A stretch of DNA of 34,279 nt, from the NCBI GenBank assembly GCA_034408725.1, contig JAWXCN010000083.1:1-34279 (forward strand), written 5' to 3'. Source of the stretch: Candidatus Hydrogenedentota bacterium (lineage in GTDB: Bacteria; Hydrogenedentota; Hydrogenedentia; Hydrogenedentales; SLHB01). The notes under the pieces were generated by a model. The model did not search any database. It was not told the origin of the DNA and saw only the letters and a program-made list of their open reading frames with translations. Every line of letters starts with the position of its first letter. Position 1 is the stretch's first letter. Below are positions 9,218 to 18,763 of the stretch, piece after piece. The position numbers and the translations under genes are program-made.

Positions 9218-11344
9218 TCACCGGCCCGGTTCGTTCTTGAGGTTCTCCAACACGCTACGAAATCGCTTGTCCTCGCGAATGGCGCGGAAATCCTCGTCGC
9301 GGAGCGCTACTTCGTCTATTCGCGCCCCGGGTGGGGCGAGCGCTCCCGCGCGTGCCAGAAAGCTCACGGCTTCCTCGATGTTGCCTTTCAAGGCCTGAAC
9401 GCAGGCGAGATTGTACATGGGCATCCATGAATCCGGACGCAGAAGTTGCGCGCGCTCGAATAAGGACGTGGCGGACGCGGGTTCGTTCATGCGTTGTGCG
9501 CACAGTCCCGCCTGTAACAGCGCCGCGAAATGATTGGGCGTCGCATGGAGCACGTGCTGATAATGCGTTCGCGCTTTCGCGAATTCTCCTTGCAAAAAAT
9601 AGAGATCGGCGTAGGCGAGATGCGCGCGCGGCATCGCGGGATCGGCTTCGAGCGCGCGCTTGTACCAGGTTTCCGCCTCGTCTTGTTTATTTTGTTGAAG
9701 CGCGACAAAACCGAGGATGACCATCGATTCGACCAAGTGCGGAGAATTCGAGAGTGCGCGCTCGCAGTGCCGCTTGGCCTGTTCAAAGTCCGAACCCCGC
9801 ACTGCGATAACACCGAGCATGTGATGGACGCGCGCCTGCGCCGGGTCGGTTTTCAATGATGCATTGTATTCGTGCTCGGCATCGTCAAGCCGGACTTGCC
9901 GCATGAGCACAAGTCCTAGCACGTTACGCGCTGTGACATGGCCTGGCGCCGCGTCGAGCAGTTCCCGCAACAGTTTTTCGCTCAGCGCATACTCGGCGCG
10001 TTGCGCCGCATGCCGCGCCTGTTCGAGTTTCGCGTACAACGCGAGTCCGTCTTTTGGGTCCATCCCCTCGACGGCTTTGCGTTCCCGTTCTGACGCGGCG
10101 TATCCCAGCGCGCGAAGAGATTCGAGGGTCTCGTTGTCCAGCGGGTTCGCCGGTTTTCCGCGCATGAATTGTTTGGATTTATCCAGAATCTCCTGGAGAA
10201 TCGCGTCCATTCGCACGGCATTGCCGTCAGATGCAACGTAGGTATTCGTTAGTTCCCGTGGATCGATATTGAGATTGTACAACTCCGGCTTTGGCGCGCG
10301 AATCCATTTCAATCCTTCCGCGCGAACGCTGTACAGCGGGGCCATGCCGAAACCGGCTTCCGATAGCAGCGATTCGGCATATTGCGGCAATTCCGGCGGC
10401 GGGACATCTCCGCGGAGCGCGGGCAATAAATTTTTACCCTGCACTGGCGTGTCATCGGCAATGCCTGCCATCGAGCGCAAGGTGGGAAAAAGGTCTATGT
10501 TTCGCACGGGACCTGAATAGACGCTCGACGGCAGCAATGCGGGGTAGCGCACAACTAGCGGAACTTTAATTGTCGTGTCGTATACGAAAATCGCGTGCGT
10601 CTGCTCTCCGTGCTCGCCGAGCCCTTCGCCGTGATCAGCCGTGAAGACAGTGATGGTAGAATCGAGTTGTCCGTTCGCTTCCAGCCAGCGTGTGAGCCGA
10701 GCGACGCCCTCGTCCGCCTGCGCGATTTCTGCGTCGTAGGCCATAGGAACAAGGTGCCGATTGCGGTACTGGGACTCGTACGGCTGGTGCGGATCGAAGA
10801 AGTGGACCCACAAAAAGAACGGCGCACCGGCGTTGGCTTTCCAATCCTGTAGCCATTCCAGTGCGCGGTCCGCGGTGCGCGAGGCCGGTCTGTCACGGAT
10901 CATGAACAAGCGTGGTTCGTCTTCACTCCACAGTTGATCGTCGTACGTATCGAACCCCTGCGAAAGATTGTAGCGGCGTCCGAGGACGACCGCGGACACA
11001 AATGCCGCGGTGCGGTAGCCGTTGTCCTTCATCATTTCCGCAAGCGTGCGATGTTCATCGGCGAGCATGTACGCGCCATTGTCCCTGACACCGTGAGCTG
11101 GCGGGAGAAGCCCGGTCATGATCGATGCGTGAGCGGGCATCGTGATCGGGGCGGTAGTGGTTGCGTCGGCGCAACGCACGCCCGCGGCCGCGAGCGCATC
11201 AATCGCGGGCGTCCGGGCGAGGCCGTATCCGTAGCAGCCGAGCCGGTCCGCGCGGAGGGTATCAACGGTGATCAACAGGATATTGGGCCGGTCAGCCAAG
11301 GCAGGGACAGCGGCCACGAAAATCAGAATGGAGAAAAATCGCAT
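9218..11344 (-). CDS. Alkaline-phosphatase-superfamily sulfatase-like hydrolase with C-terminal TPR array, secreted
   Basis: Signal peptide. PNILLITVDTLRAD, PITMPAHASIMTG, WVHFFDPHQPY, TADHGEGLGEHGE, ELYNL..DP.E, LRALGY. Multiple 34-aa TPR-like repeats ending in YNLACVQAL. Confidence 0.9.
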   Translation of the reverse strand: MRFFSILIFVAAVPALADRPNILLITVDTLRADRLGCYGYGLARTPAIDALAAAGVRCADATTTAPITMPAHASIMTGLLPPAHGVRDNGAYMLADEHRTLAEMMKDNGYRTAAFVSAVVLGRRYNLSQGFDTYDDQLWSEDEPRLFMIRDRPASRTADRALEWLQDWKANAGAPFFLWVHFFDPHQPYESQYRNRHLVPMAYDAEIAQADEGVARLTRWLEANGQLDSTITVFTADHGEGLGEHGEQTHAIFVYDTTIKVPLVVRYPALLPSSVYSGPVRNIDLFPTLRSMAGIADDTPVQGKNLLPALRGDVPPPELPQYAESLLSEAGFGMAPLYSVRAEGLKWIRAPKPELYNLNIDPRELTNTYVASDGNAVRMDAILQEILDKSKQFMRGKPANPLDNETLESLRALGYAASERERKAVEGMDPKDGLALYAKLEQARHAAQRAEYALSEKLLRELLDAAPGHVTARNVLGLVLMRQVRLDDAEHEYNASLKTDPAQARVHHMLGVIAVRGSDFEQAKRHCERALSNSPHLVESMVILGFVALQQNKQDEAETWYKRALEADPAMPRAHLAYADLYFLQGEFAKARTHYQHVLHATPNHFAALLQAGLCAQRMNEPASATSLFERAQLLRPDSWMPMYNLACVQALKGNIEEAVSFLARAGALAPPGARIDEVALRDEDFRAIREDKRFRSVLENLKNEPGR

Positions 11345-11350
11345 CTCCCC

Positions 11351-11379
11351 ACTCTAGGGCCGGGATGCAGCGGGTGCAA
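11351..11379 (-). promoter_or_regulatory. Candidate sigma70 promoter TTGCAC-N17-TAGAGT, positioned for a leaderless transcript
   Basis: The -10 hexamer ends 6 nt before ATG 11344. 17-nt spacing. Confidence 0.4.
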
Positions 11380-11480
11380 CCTTTTCATGGCCGGTGACTA
11401 ACATTCCGCGAGAATCAGGAAACCAGATACGCCTAGCCGCTATAATCCCGCGCTCCAGGATTTAACCCAAGGAACTTGTC

Positions 11481-14400
11481 ATGCCCTTTTTCGATACCGA
11501 ACGCAGCATCGAAGCGGCGCAGTTGCGCGTGCGCATCCGTGAAATTGGCGAAACCATATACAGCGACCGGCAACCCATCGGGAAGATTGCGTGCTGCGTG
11601 ACGGGACTCCGGCGCGGCCCGGAGCGGGCGCCGGAAAATGGGTGGAAGCCGTTCGACATCGGGCAGCGCTGGGGCGGGTATGATCAGACGACGTGGTTTC
11701 GCATGCGCGCGGTCGTGCCGAAAAGCATGAAGGGCCGGCGCGTGCTCGCGTTGATTCGCACGACGACCGCGCCATTTGTGTTCGGCGCACCGGACATGAT
11801 CGAAGGCGGCGAAGCGCTGGCTTATGTGAACGGCGCGCCGATGCAGGGCCTTGATCGCCACCACGACGAACTGTATCTGTTGGACAAGGCGAAGGGCGGT
11901 GAGACATTTGAAATTGCGCTCGAAGCCACGCCGGGCACACGCCACGATCACTACCATCATTTTGCGTATGCCGACATCGCGGTAATCAACACGCAGGTCT
12001 GGGATTTTTATTGGGACTGCGTTGTCGCGCTGGAAGTGTGGGAACAGCTCGACATGAACTCGACGACCGCGCGGCATTTCATGAAGCTTTTGGATGAATC
12101 GATCTACATGGTGGACCTTCAGCACAAAAGCACGCCCGCGTATTTCGCGTCTATCGCGAAGGCGCAGCGGTTTCTTCGCGCGGGTTTGAAGGACTACGAA
12201 AAAAGCGCGGGCATGGGCAAGCTGATTCTGGCGGGGCATTCGCATATCGATACGGCGTGGCTATGGCCACTGCGCGAGACGCAGCGGAAATGCGCGCGCA
12301 CGTTCTCAACCATACTTGCGCTGATGGACCGGTATCCCGAATTTTACTTTTCGTGCAGCCAACCGCTTCAGTACGAGTGGATCAAGAAAAACCATCCGGA
12401 GCTTTTCGCGCGCATCAAGAAGCGCGTCAAGGAAGGCCGCTGGGAACTGTGCGGCGCGCCGTGGATCGAACCCGACCACAACATGCCCGCGGGCGAGTCA
12501 TTAATCCGGCAGTATCTATATGGAAACCGATGGTTCGAGCGCGAATTCGGCAAACGCTCCCATATCGCGTGGGTGCCGGATTCATTTGGCTACACGTGGT
12601 CATTGCCGCAGATTATGCGCAAGGTTGGCCTTACGGCGTTCGTGACGACGAAGATCGACTGGTCGCAATTTACGGCGTTCCCATACAGCATGTTCGAATG
12701 GGAAGGCATCGACGGCACCCGTATTTTCGCGGTAATGCCGCCGCTGAATTACAACGGGAATCCCGTGCCGAAGGAATGTATCGCGCAGTGGAAGCAGTTC
12801 AAACAGAAAGAATTCGTCGAGGAAATCCCTTTTGCGTTTGGATGGGGCGACGGCGGCGGCGGGCCGACGATGAGCATGATCGAGCACGGGAAGCGGTTGT
12901 CGAATATCGCCGGTGTGCCGCGCTGCGAATTCGGACGGCTCGAGGACAGCGTTGATCGCATGCAGGCGCAGTCTTCCAAACATACGTTGCCGGTGTACAA
13001 CGGGGAGTTATATCTGGAATTACATCGCGCGTGCCAAACCACCCAGGCGCGCACCAAACGCAACAATCGGAAAGCGGAGGTTGCGCTGCACGATACGGAG
13101 TTTCTTAGCGCAATCGCCACGCTGGACGGCGCGAAGTACGACCATGCGGCGTTGTGGGAGGCATGGAAGCCGGTTCTGACGAACCAGTTTCATGACATCC
13201 TTCCAGGGTCGTCGATCACTGAGGTATATGAGCAGACGGACCGTGATTACGCCGAGGCCTTGCAAACAGTGCACCGGGTCCGCGACAAGGCGATCTACGC
13301 TGTGTGCAAGACAATCGACTCCGCCGGCGCCGGCACGCCGATGGTTGTGTTCAACACTTTGAGTTGGGTGCGCGGCGGCGCGGCGGAAATAGCATTGGAA
13401 AAGCGCCTGGAGAACATCGCCGTGCTCGATCCCAGCGGCCAACCGGTCCCGCACCAATGGACGGGCAAGAGCATTTTATTGTTTCAGGTTGAAGGCGTGC
13501 CGCCTTTGGGCTGGGCGGTTTATCGCATCGTCACAGGCAGACCTGCTCCGAAGGCTAATGGAGACCTGAGCGCCGGCGCCAACTCAATTGAGAATCCGTA
13601 TTTTGAGGTGAGGTTCGACAAGGATGGGCGGATCACGCGGTTGTATGACAAGATGGCCGAGCGGGAGACGATTGCGAAGAACAAGCCCGGAAATGTGCTT
13701 CAACTGTTCGAGGATCGTCCGCACCTGCATGACGCTTGGGATTTTGACCACAATTTTGAACGCACGATGTGGGAACCTGTGACGGCGGAGCGCGCGCGCA
13801 TTGTCGAAAACGGTCCGGTGCGGGCCGTTGTACGCGTGGTACGGAAGACGGAACGCAGCACCATCACGCAGGATATTACGTTGTACGCGAACACGCCGCG
13901 CGTCGAGTTTGCCACCTCTGTCGATTGGCATGAGAAGCATGTGCTGTTGAAGGTTGCGTTCCCTGTCGAGATACGTTGCGCGCGCGCAACATACGAAATT
14001 CAATACGGCGCGATCGAACGGCCCACGCACCACAACACGCTGCATGATCGTGCGCGATACGAGAATACCGGGTTGCGTTGGGTCGATCTGTCGGAAGGCG
14101 ACTACGGCGTTAGTCTGCTTAACGACTGTAAGTATGGGCACGACGTAAAGGAGAACACGCTTCGTATTTCGTTGTTACGGTCCTCCACCGATCCCGATCC
14201 GTCGGCGGACGAAGGCGCGCATGAATTCGTTTATGCGGTCTATCCGCACACGGACGATTGGCGAAACGATACGGTGCAGCAGGGCCTCGAATTGAATACG
14301 CCGTTCATAGTTCAAGCCACGACAGCACACAACGGAGACCTTTCCCCCGTCTCGTCGTTTGCAAGCGTCGACGCCGAGAACATCATCGTGGACTGGATCA

Positions 14401-14615
14401 AAAAGGCGGAAGATTCCAATGCGCTCGTCATCCGGTTGTATGAGGCCTACGGACAGCGCGGCCCAATAACGATCACCTTTGGACAAAAACCGTCAAAAGT
14501 AATGGAATGCGATCTGATGGAGGAGAATGACAAGACCGTGACGATGAAGGGCAACTCGGTAACGCTATCCGTAACGCCGTATGAATTGCGCACGTTGAAG
14601 GTGGTGTTTGGTTAG
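11481..14615 (+). CDS. Alpha-mannosidase, glycoside hydrolase family 38 (cytoplasmic Ams1/MngB-like)
   Basis: GHSHIDTAWLWP (Zn ligands), WVPDSFGY (nucleophile Asp), GWGDGGGGP, GELYLELHR, NQFHDILPGSSI, SLLNDCKYG. AAGGA SD and upstream TATAAT at 11441. Confidence 0.95.
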   Translation: MPFFDTERSIEAAQLRVRIREIGETIYSDRQPIGKIACCVTGLRRGPERAPENGWKPFDIGQRWGGYDQTTWFRMRAVVPKSMKGRRVLALIRTTTAPFVFGAPDMIEGGEALAYVNGAPMQGLDRHHDELYLLDKAKGGETFEIALEATPGTRHDHYHHFAYADIAVINTQVWDFYWDCVVALEVWEQLDMNSTTARHFMKLLDESIYMVDLQHKSTPAYFASIAKAQRFLRAGLKDYEKSAGMGKLILAGHSHIDTAWLWPLRETQRKCARTFSTILALMDRYPEFYFSCSQPLQYEWIKKNHPELFARIKKRVKEGRWELCGAPWIEPDHNMPAGESLIRQYLYGNRWFEREFGKRSHIAWVPDSFGYTWSLPQIMRKVGLTAFVTTKIDWSQFTAFPYSMFEWEGIDGTRIFAVMPPLNYNGNPVPKECIAQWKQFKQKEFVEEIPFAFGWGDGGGGPTMSMIEHGKRLSNIAGVPRCEFGRLEDSVDRMQAQSSKHTLPVYNGELYLELHRACQTTQARTKRNNRKAEVALHDTEFLSAIATLDGAKYDHAALWEAWKPVLTNQFHDILPGSSITEVYEQTDRDYAEALQTVHRVRDKAIYAVCKTIDSAGAGTPMVVFNTLSWVRGGAAEIALEKRLENIAVLDPSGQPVPHQWTGKSILLFQVEGVPPLGWAVYRIVTGRPAPKANGDLSAGANSIENPYFEVRFDKDGRITRLYDKMAERETIAKNKPGNVLQLFEDRPHLHDAWDFDHNFERTMWEPVTAERARIVENGPVRAVVRVVRKTERSTITQDITLYANTPRVEFATSVDWHEKHVLLKVAFPVEIRCARATYEIQYGAIERPTHHNTLHDRARYENTGLRWVDLSEGDYGVSLLNDCKYGHDVKENTLRISLLRSSTDPDPSADEGAHEFVYAVYPHTDDWRNDTVQQGLELNTPFIVQATTAHNGDLSPVSSFASVDAENIIVDWIKKAEDSNALVIRLYEAYGQRGPITITFGQKPSKVMECDLMEENDKTVTMKGNSVTLSVTPYELRTLKVVFG

Positions 14616-14616
14616 C

Positions 14617-14697
14617 GGGAGGGCGCGTGTCCCCACGCGCCAAAGTATCTCGTAGTAGTGATGTGAATGCCAAGCGCGCGCGGGCGCGCGCCCTCCC
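14617..14697. repeat. Inverted pair of GGAG-headed REP-like palindromes between convergent genes (possible bidirectional terminator)
   Basis: GGGAGGGCGCGTGTCCCCACGCGCC (14617-14641) and GCGCGCGCGGGCGCGCGCCCTCCC (14674-14697). Each is self-palindromic and the two are mutually inverted. Confidence 0.65.
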
Positions 14698-15809
14698 TAC
14701 AACTGTTTTCCGTTTCGCTTCTTTAATTCCTGCACGGCATGCCGCACATCCTGCGCGCGGTCTTTGGGAATCACGAGGACGGCGTCGCTGGTGACCACAA
14801 CGACGAGGTCCTTCACACCGACAACGCCGACCGCCATGGCGTCCGCGCCCGCGTCGTTGTAGACGATGCAATCCCGAGAATCGGCCACGACGGGATCGCC
14901 GACAACGACGTTTCCATGTTCGTCTTTGGAATAGGAACGGTCGAGCGCGGTCCACGCGCCGACATCGTCCCACGGAAATTCCGCGCGCGCCATGGAGACG
15001 CGACGCGCGTGTTCCATTAGGGCGTAGTCGATTGAAATATCTTCGAGCGTCCCGAAAATGTTGCGCACCATCGCGTGGTCGTTTGCTCTCATGGACGAAG
15101 TCATGTCACGAACGGCTTGCGCGAGGGCCGGCCGCGCATGGTCGAGCTCGCCGAGAAACGTCGAGATGCGCCAGAAGAACATGCCGCAGTTCCAGAAGTA
15201 ATTTCCCTGCGCAATGAAATCCTCGGCGCGTTCGCGGCTCGGCTTCTCGTGGAACGCTCGCACGGGCGTGACGGACACCGTATTGAAAATGCGGCTCGTT
15301 GTTTCGTCGTCGATCTGGATATAGCCGTAGCCGGTTTCCGCGCGCGTGGGAACTATGCCTAGCGTCACCAGGACGTCGTCGCGTTCGGCGGACGACATCG
15401 CCGCATCGACTGTCATGCGGAACAGGTCCGGTTCGCGGATGTCGTGGTCGGCGGTGGTAACCGCCAGGCTGATATTCGAGCCATCGCCGCCATAACGCGC
15501 GAGCAGCGCCGCCGCCGTGTATGCAAGCGCGCCCGCGGTGTTGCGCTTCGCCGGTTCCGCCAAAATATTCGCGGCGGGCAAGGGCAAGCCGGATGCGCGA
15601 ATAGGTTCGACAAGATGTTCGCCGGTGATGACGTAGATGTGTTCGATGGGGACCAGTGGCGTCATGCGCGCGACGGCTTCGGCGAGCATGGTGTCGTCGG
15701 GACTGGTTAGTTTCAGCAATTGTTTGGGACGCGTCCTTCGCGACAACGGCCAAAACCGCTCGCCCGACCCGCCGGCCATCACCACCGCAACGCGCTGCAT
15801 CTCGCTCAT
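14697..15809 (-). CDS. manC: Mannose-1-phosphate guanylyltransferase (monofunctional, no PMI cupin domain)
   Basis: MAGGSGERFWPLSR..PKQLL, EPAKRNTA, ADH, ETGYGYI, FHEKP, WNCGMF, ISIDYALME, WDDVGAW. Confidence 0.93.
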   Translation of the reverse strand: MSEMQRVAVVMAGGSGERFWPLSRRTRPKQLLKLTSPDDTMLAEAVARMTPLVPIEHIYVITGEHLVEPIRASGLPLPAANILAEPAKRNTAGALAYTAAALLARYGGDGSNISLAVTTADHDIREPDLFRMTVDAAMSSAERDDVLVTLGIVPTRAETGYGYIQIDDETTSRIFNTVSVTPVRAFHEKPSRERAEDFIAQGNYFWNCGMFFWRISTFLGELDHARPALAQAVRDMTSSMRANDHAMVRNIFGTLEDISIDYALMEHARRVSMARAEFPWDDVGAWTALDRSYSKDEHGNVVVGDPVVADSRDCIVYNDAGADAMAVGVVGVKDLVVVVTSDAVLVIPKDRAQDVRHAVQELKKRNGKQL

Positions 15810-15874
15810 TCAAACAACTCCCCTTGAAACCGCGTATGGTAGCCGGTTTGCAGGGGAGCTTGCCAACGCGCGAT

Positions 15875-18322
15875 TTATTCAACTTCCGTGAACACACTCG
15901 CGAAGTGGAAGCGGTGCACGGGCAACGGCATTTCCGAATCGCCCCCCTTGACGCTCTTCCACACCACTTCATTCAAGGCGAACATGGGCGTTCGATCGTA
16001 TTCGGTAAAGTCCATTTCAGAAGAATCCTTCGCGCCCCAGGCGGTGGCGAGATTTCTCTCCTGGATGTCTATGCGCGGCTCGAAATGCGTGTACGGCGTT
16101 AAATCCGCCTTGTCGCCAAGAGACGCATACATTGGCGTGGCCGCGGCGTCGAACTGGCTCATCGGCTGCAAACCCAGCAAGAGTTCGATGGTGCGCAACA
16201 TCGAACTGGTCGTGTACAACGTGCTGTCAATCGTGCCTCGGCGCACATACGGGCTCACCACCAAGCCGACAGTTCGACGCGCGTCAACATGATCCGGGCC
16301 ATCCTGCGCGTCATCTTGAATGGTGAACAGGGCAAGCTCAGGCCAGTACTTGCTGTGCGATACGCGCTCGATGATCAAGCCCAGTCCGTAATCGTTGCTC
16401 GCGACGGCTGCGCGCGGCGTATGTTCGCCAGGCCGCGTACCACGCGTATGGTCTTCGGGCAAGGCGAGGACGATGAAGTTCGGCAGCCGCTTGGCTGGAT
16501 CGGGGTTGTCGTAGTTCTTCTCATACTCATCGAACTCTTTAATGAACTCCGCTGCGTTTTCGTAGTCGCGCGCGCCCCACGAAAGATATTTGGGGGCCAC
16601 GTGTCCTTCGAGATTACTGCCAGAATCATAGGGCGCCATGTCTTCGGATTCACTTTGGCGCCATGCAAACTCGCCATAGCTGCGGTACGTCAAGCCTTTG
16701 CGGTGACATTGGTCCCACAAGTAACCGGCGCCGGGAAGTATTGCCGCGGACCGCGGTGAATCGCTTTTGCCGCCGTATCCCGCGGGCCACATTTTTTCCA
16801 TATAGTCGGTCGCGTACGCGGCGTTGGACCATTGATGTCCATCCGCACTGACCTCCGCATCACAATAGATGTTGTCGAGCAGGACAAACTGTTCCGCTAT
16901 GGCGTGATGGTTCGGCGTGATTTCCTCCCCAAAGATAGCGAGACGCGGATCGCCGTTGCCTTTTTCTATATCGCCGAAGACCTGATCATAGGTCCTGTTC
17001 TCTTTGATGATGTAGATCACATGCTTGACGGGCGAGCCGGGACCGGCTGCGCGCGGCACCACGCTCGCCGCGCCGGTATTGGGCCGCGCCAAGGCCATCA
17101 ATTCGTCGTTGTACGGGCAATTCTTGTACGCTTGGCGCGTGAGTTCCCGCAGCTTGCGGCGTTGCCCCGGCATCTCGACGATATTGATCGTGCCTTTCAT
17201 AAGACTTTTGACTGTGCCTTTGCCTTCGTCGCCGTCGGGCAATGGACTATGCGGTCCGCGGATATTGGAAGCCGAAGCATTGCCCTTGGCGTTGCCGATG
17301 TAGAGCTTAGAATTGTCCGGGCTGACGGCAATCGCCGATGGGTACCAGCCGGCGGGGATGAAGCCAAGCACGTCGCTTTCACCGGATTCTTCGACGTTTA
17401 CCACGCACACGTTATTGTTGTCCGCATTCGCGATGTATAGCGTTTTGCCTGCTGGATCGAGCGCGAGCGCATTGGGCGTCGAGCCCTCTGGCGCGTTTGG
17501 AAACATCGAGGTGACGATAGTTTCTGTTTTGCGGCCCGTCAGTGTATCGATCGCAATCACGGTGTTGTCATTCGCGCAACAGACGAAGAGTCTTCCGTCA
17601 GAATGCAACACCATGTCGCTCGGATTGTCGCCGACCGCGATGGTTGACTGCACTTCCATGCGCTCGGTATCAATGACGCTCACGCTGTCGCTGGCCCAGT
17701 TTGAACAGTACAGACGGGATGCATCCGCGGAAAGGATTAGATCGCACGGATTGACCTCGGCCCTGATGCGTTTTACCACCTCGCCGCTGCCGGTATTGAA
17801 AACGACGATATCGCCCGCGGTGCGGTTTGCCGCATACAACAATTCTTTCACCGGATGGTGTACTAGCCCCGCCCAATAAATTTCGTTTGGCGCGACGGTT
17901 TCAAGCAAGGTACGAATGGGTTTTTCCGAAAGTTTTCCATCCGCGTATTCGAATTCATAAATCGGCGCAACTGCGCCATCCTTCCCCTTGTTATTTCCGC
18001 CGGAGACATAGAGCCGGTTGCCTTTGGGATTCCACGCAAGGCCAAACCATGCCGAAGGCAGCGTGATGCGTTGGAGCACTTCGTCCGTAGCGGTATCTAT
18101 TACGACAACGCCATGCGGATTGTATCCCCCATGTTGCGCGATCATGACCTTGCCATCGGGCGATGGCTGGATATTCAATAGCAGGTCTTCGGTGTGCACA
18201 GATTTTCCCAGTGGCGTAATTCGCCAGCCGTTGGGAAGCGTGTAGCCCTGCTCGTCCGCGCCGGGTAGAACTACCGGGTCCGCGGACAGCGCAACGAGAC
18301 ATACAAGAATGATCGCGTTCAT
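15875..18322 (-). CDS. YVTN/YncE beta-propeller fused to an alkaline-phosphatase-like phosphoesterase domain, secreted
   Basis: Signal peptide from ATG 18322 (GGAG SD). LPNGWRITP, propeller repeats (LYCSNWASDSVSVID, LYIANADNNNVCVV, IPAGWYP), then KHVIYIIKENRTYDQVFGD, DAEVSADGHQW, DDAQDGPDHVD. Confidence 0.88.
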   Translation of the reverse strand: MNAIILVCLVALSADPVVLPGADEQGYTLPNGWRITPLGKSVHTEDLLLNIQPSPDGKVMIAQHGGYNPHGVVVIDTATDEVLQRITLPSAWFGLAWNPKGNRLYVSGGNNKGKDGAVAPIYEFEYADGKLSEKPIRTLLETVAPNEIYWAGLVHHPVKELLYAANRTAGDIVVFNTGSGEVVKRIRAEVNPCDLILSADASRLYCSNWASDSVSVIDTERMEVQSTIAVGDNPSDMVLHSDGRLFVCCANDNTVIAIDTLTGRKTETIVTSMFPNAPEGSTPNALALDPAGKTLYIANADNNNVCVVNVEESGESDVLGFIPAGWYPSAIAVSPDNSKLYIGNAKGNASASNIRGPHSPLPDGDEGKGTVKSLMKGTINIVEMPGQRRKLRELTRQAYKNCPYNDELMALARPNTGAASVVPRAAGPGSPVKHVIYIIKENRTYDQVFGDIEKGNGDPRLAIFGEEITPNHHAIAEQFVLLDNIYCDAEVSADGHQWSNAAYATDYMEKMWPAGYGGKSDSPRSAAILPGAGYLWDQCHRKGLTYRSYGEFAWRQSESEDMAPYDSGSNLEGHVAPKYLSWGARDYENAAEFIKEFDEYEKNYDNPDPAKRLPNFIVLALPEDHTRGTRPGEHTPRAAVASNDYGLGLIIERVSHSKYWPELALFTIQDDAQDGPDHVDARRTVGLVVSPYVRRGTIDSTLYTTSSMLRTIELLLGLQPMSQFDAAATPMYASLGDKADLTPYTHFEPRIDIQERNLATAWGAKDSSEMDFTEYDRTPMFALNEVVWKSVKGGDSEMPLPVHRFHFASVFTEVE

Positions 18323-18359
18323 GCGATGCTCCAATTGGTTTTCGTTCAGCCCCGTGCGA

Positions 18360-18388
18360 ATCATAGATGCGCCGTAATGTTGATTCAA
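18360..18388 (-). promoter_or_regulatory. Candidate sigma70 promoter TTGAAT-N17-TATGAT for the YVTN-phosphoesterase (and possibly manC)
   Basis: Near-consensus hexamers with 17-nt spacing, about 38 nt upstream of ATG 18322. Confidence 0.45.
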
Positions 18389-18410
18389 TCAGGGATACTC
18401 GCTTAATTCT

Positions 18411-18667
18411 GAAGCGACCTTACCCAGAAAACGGTTTCTAGACGTCAGTTGACCGCGCGCAGCGCCTTGGACTGCGGCGTATCAGCGCCGCTTTCACTTC
18501 GGCGTACTCGAAATCCTCCAATAAATTTGAAGGCTTCGGGAACACTCGAACCGAAACCAAGCCAATCACGCTCTATTGCGAAGCGACCTTACCCAGGAAA
18601 TGGAAAGCGGCGACTACCCGCCGTCGCACTCCAAGGCGCTCCGCGCGGATTTGGCGCAGCGCCTTGG
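18411..18667. repeat. REP/MITE-like element: ~45-bp imperfect terminal inverted repeats plus internal direct repeats
   Basis: Arm 18453-18495 (CCGCGCGCAGCGCCTTGGACTGCGGCG...CGCCGCTTTC) is inverted to 18603-18648. GAAGCGACCTTACCCAG is directly repeated at 18411 and 18580, and GCGCAGCGCCTTGG at 18457 and 18654. Confidence 0.75.
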
Positions 18668-18763
18668 CGCATAAGTGCGACTGCCGTGTTCATTTAATCG
18701 CGAACTATTGGCGCGCCCGGCTTATGGTACGCTACCTGAATCCAATTTCTGGGAGGGCAACCG

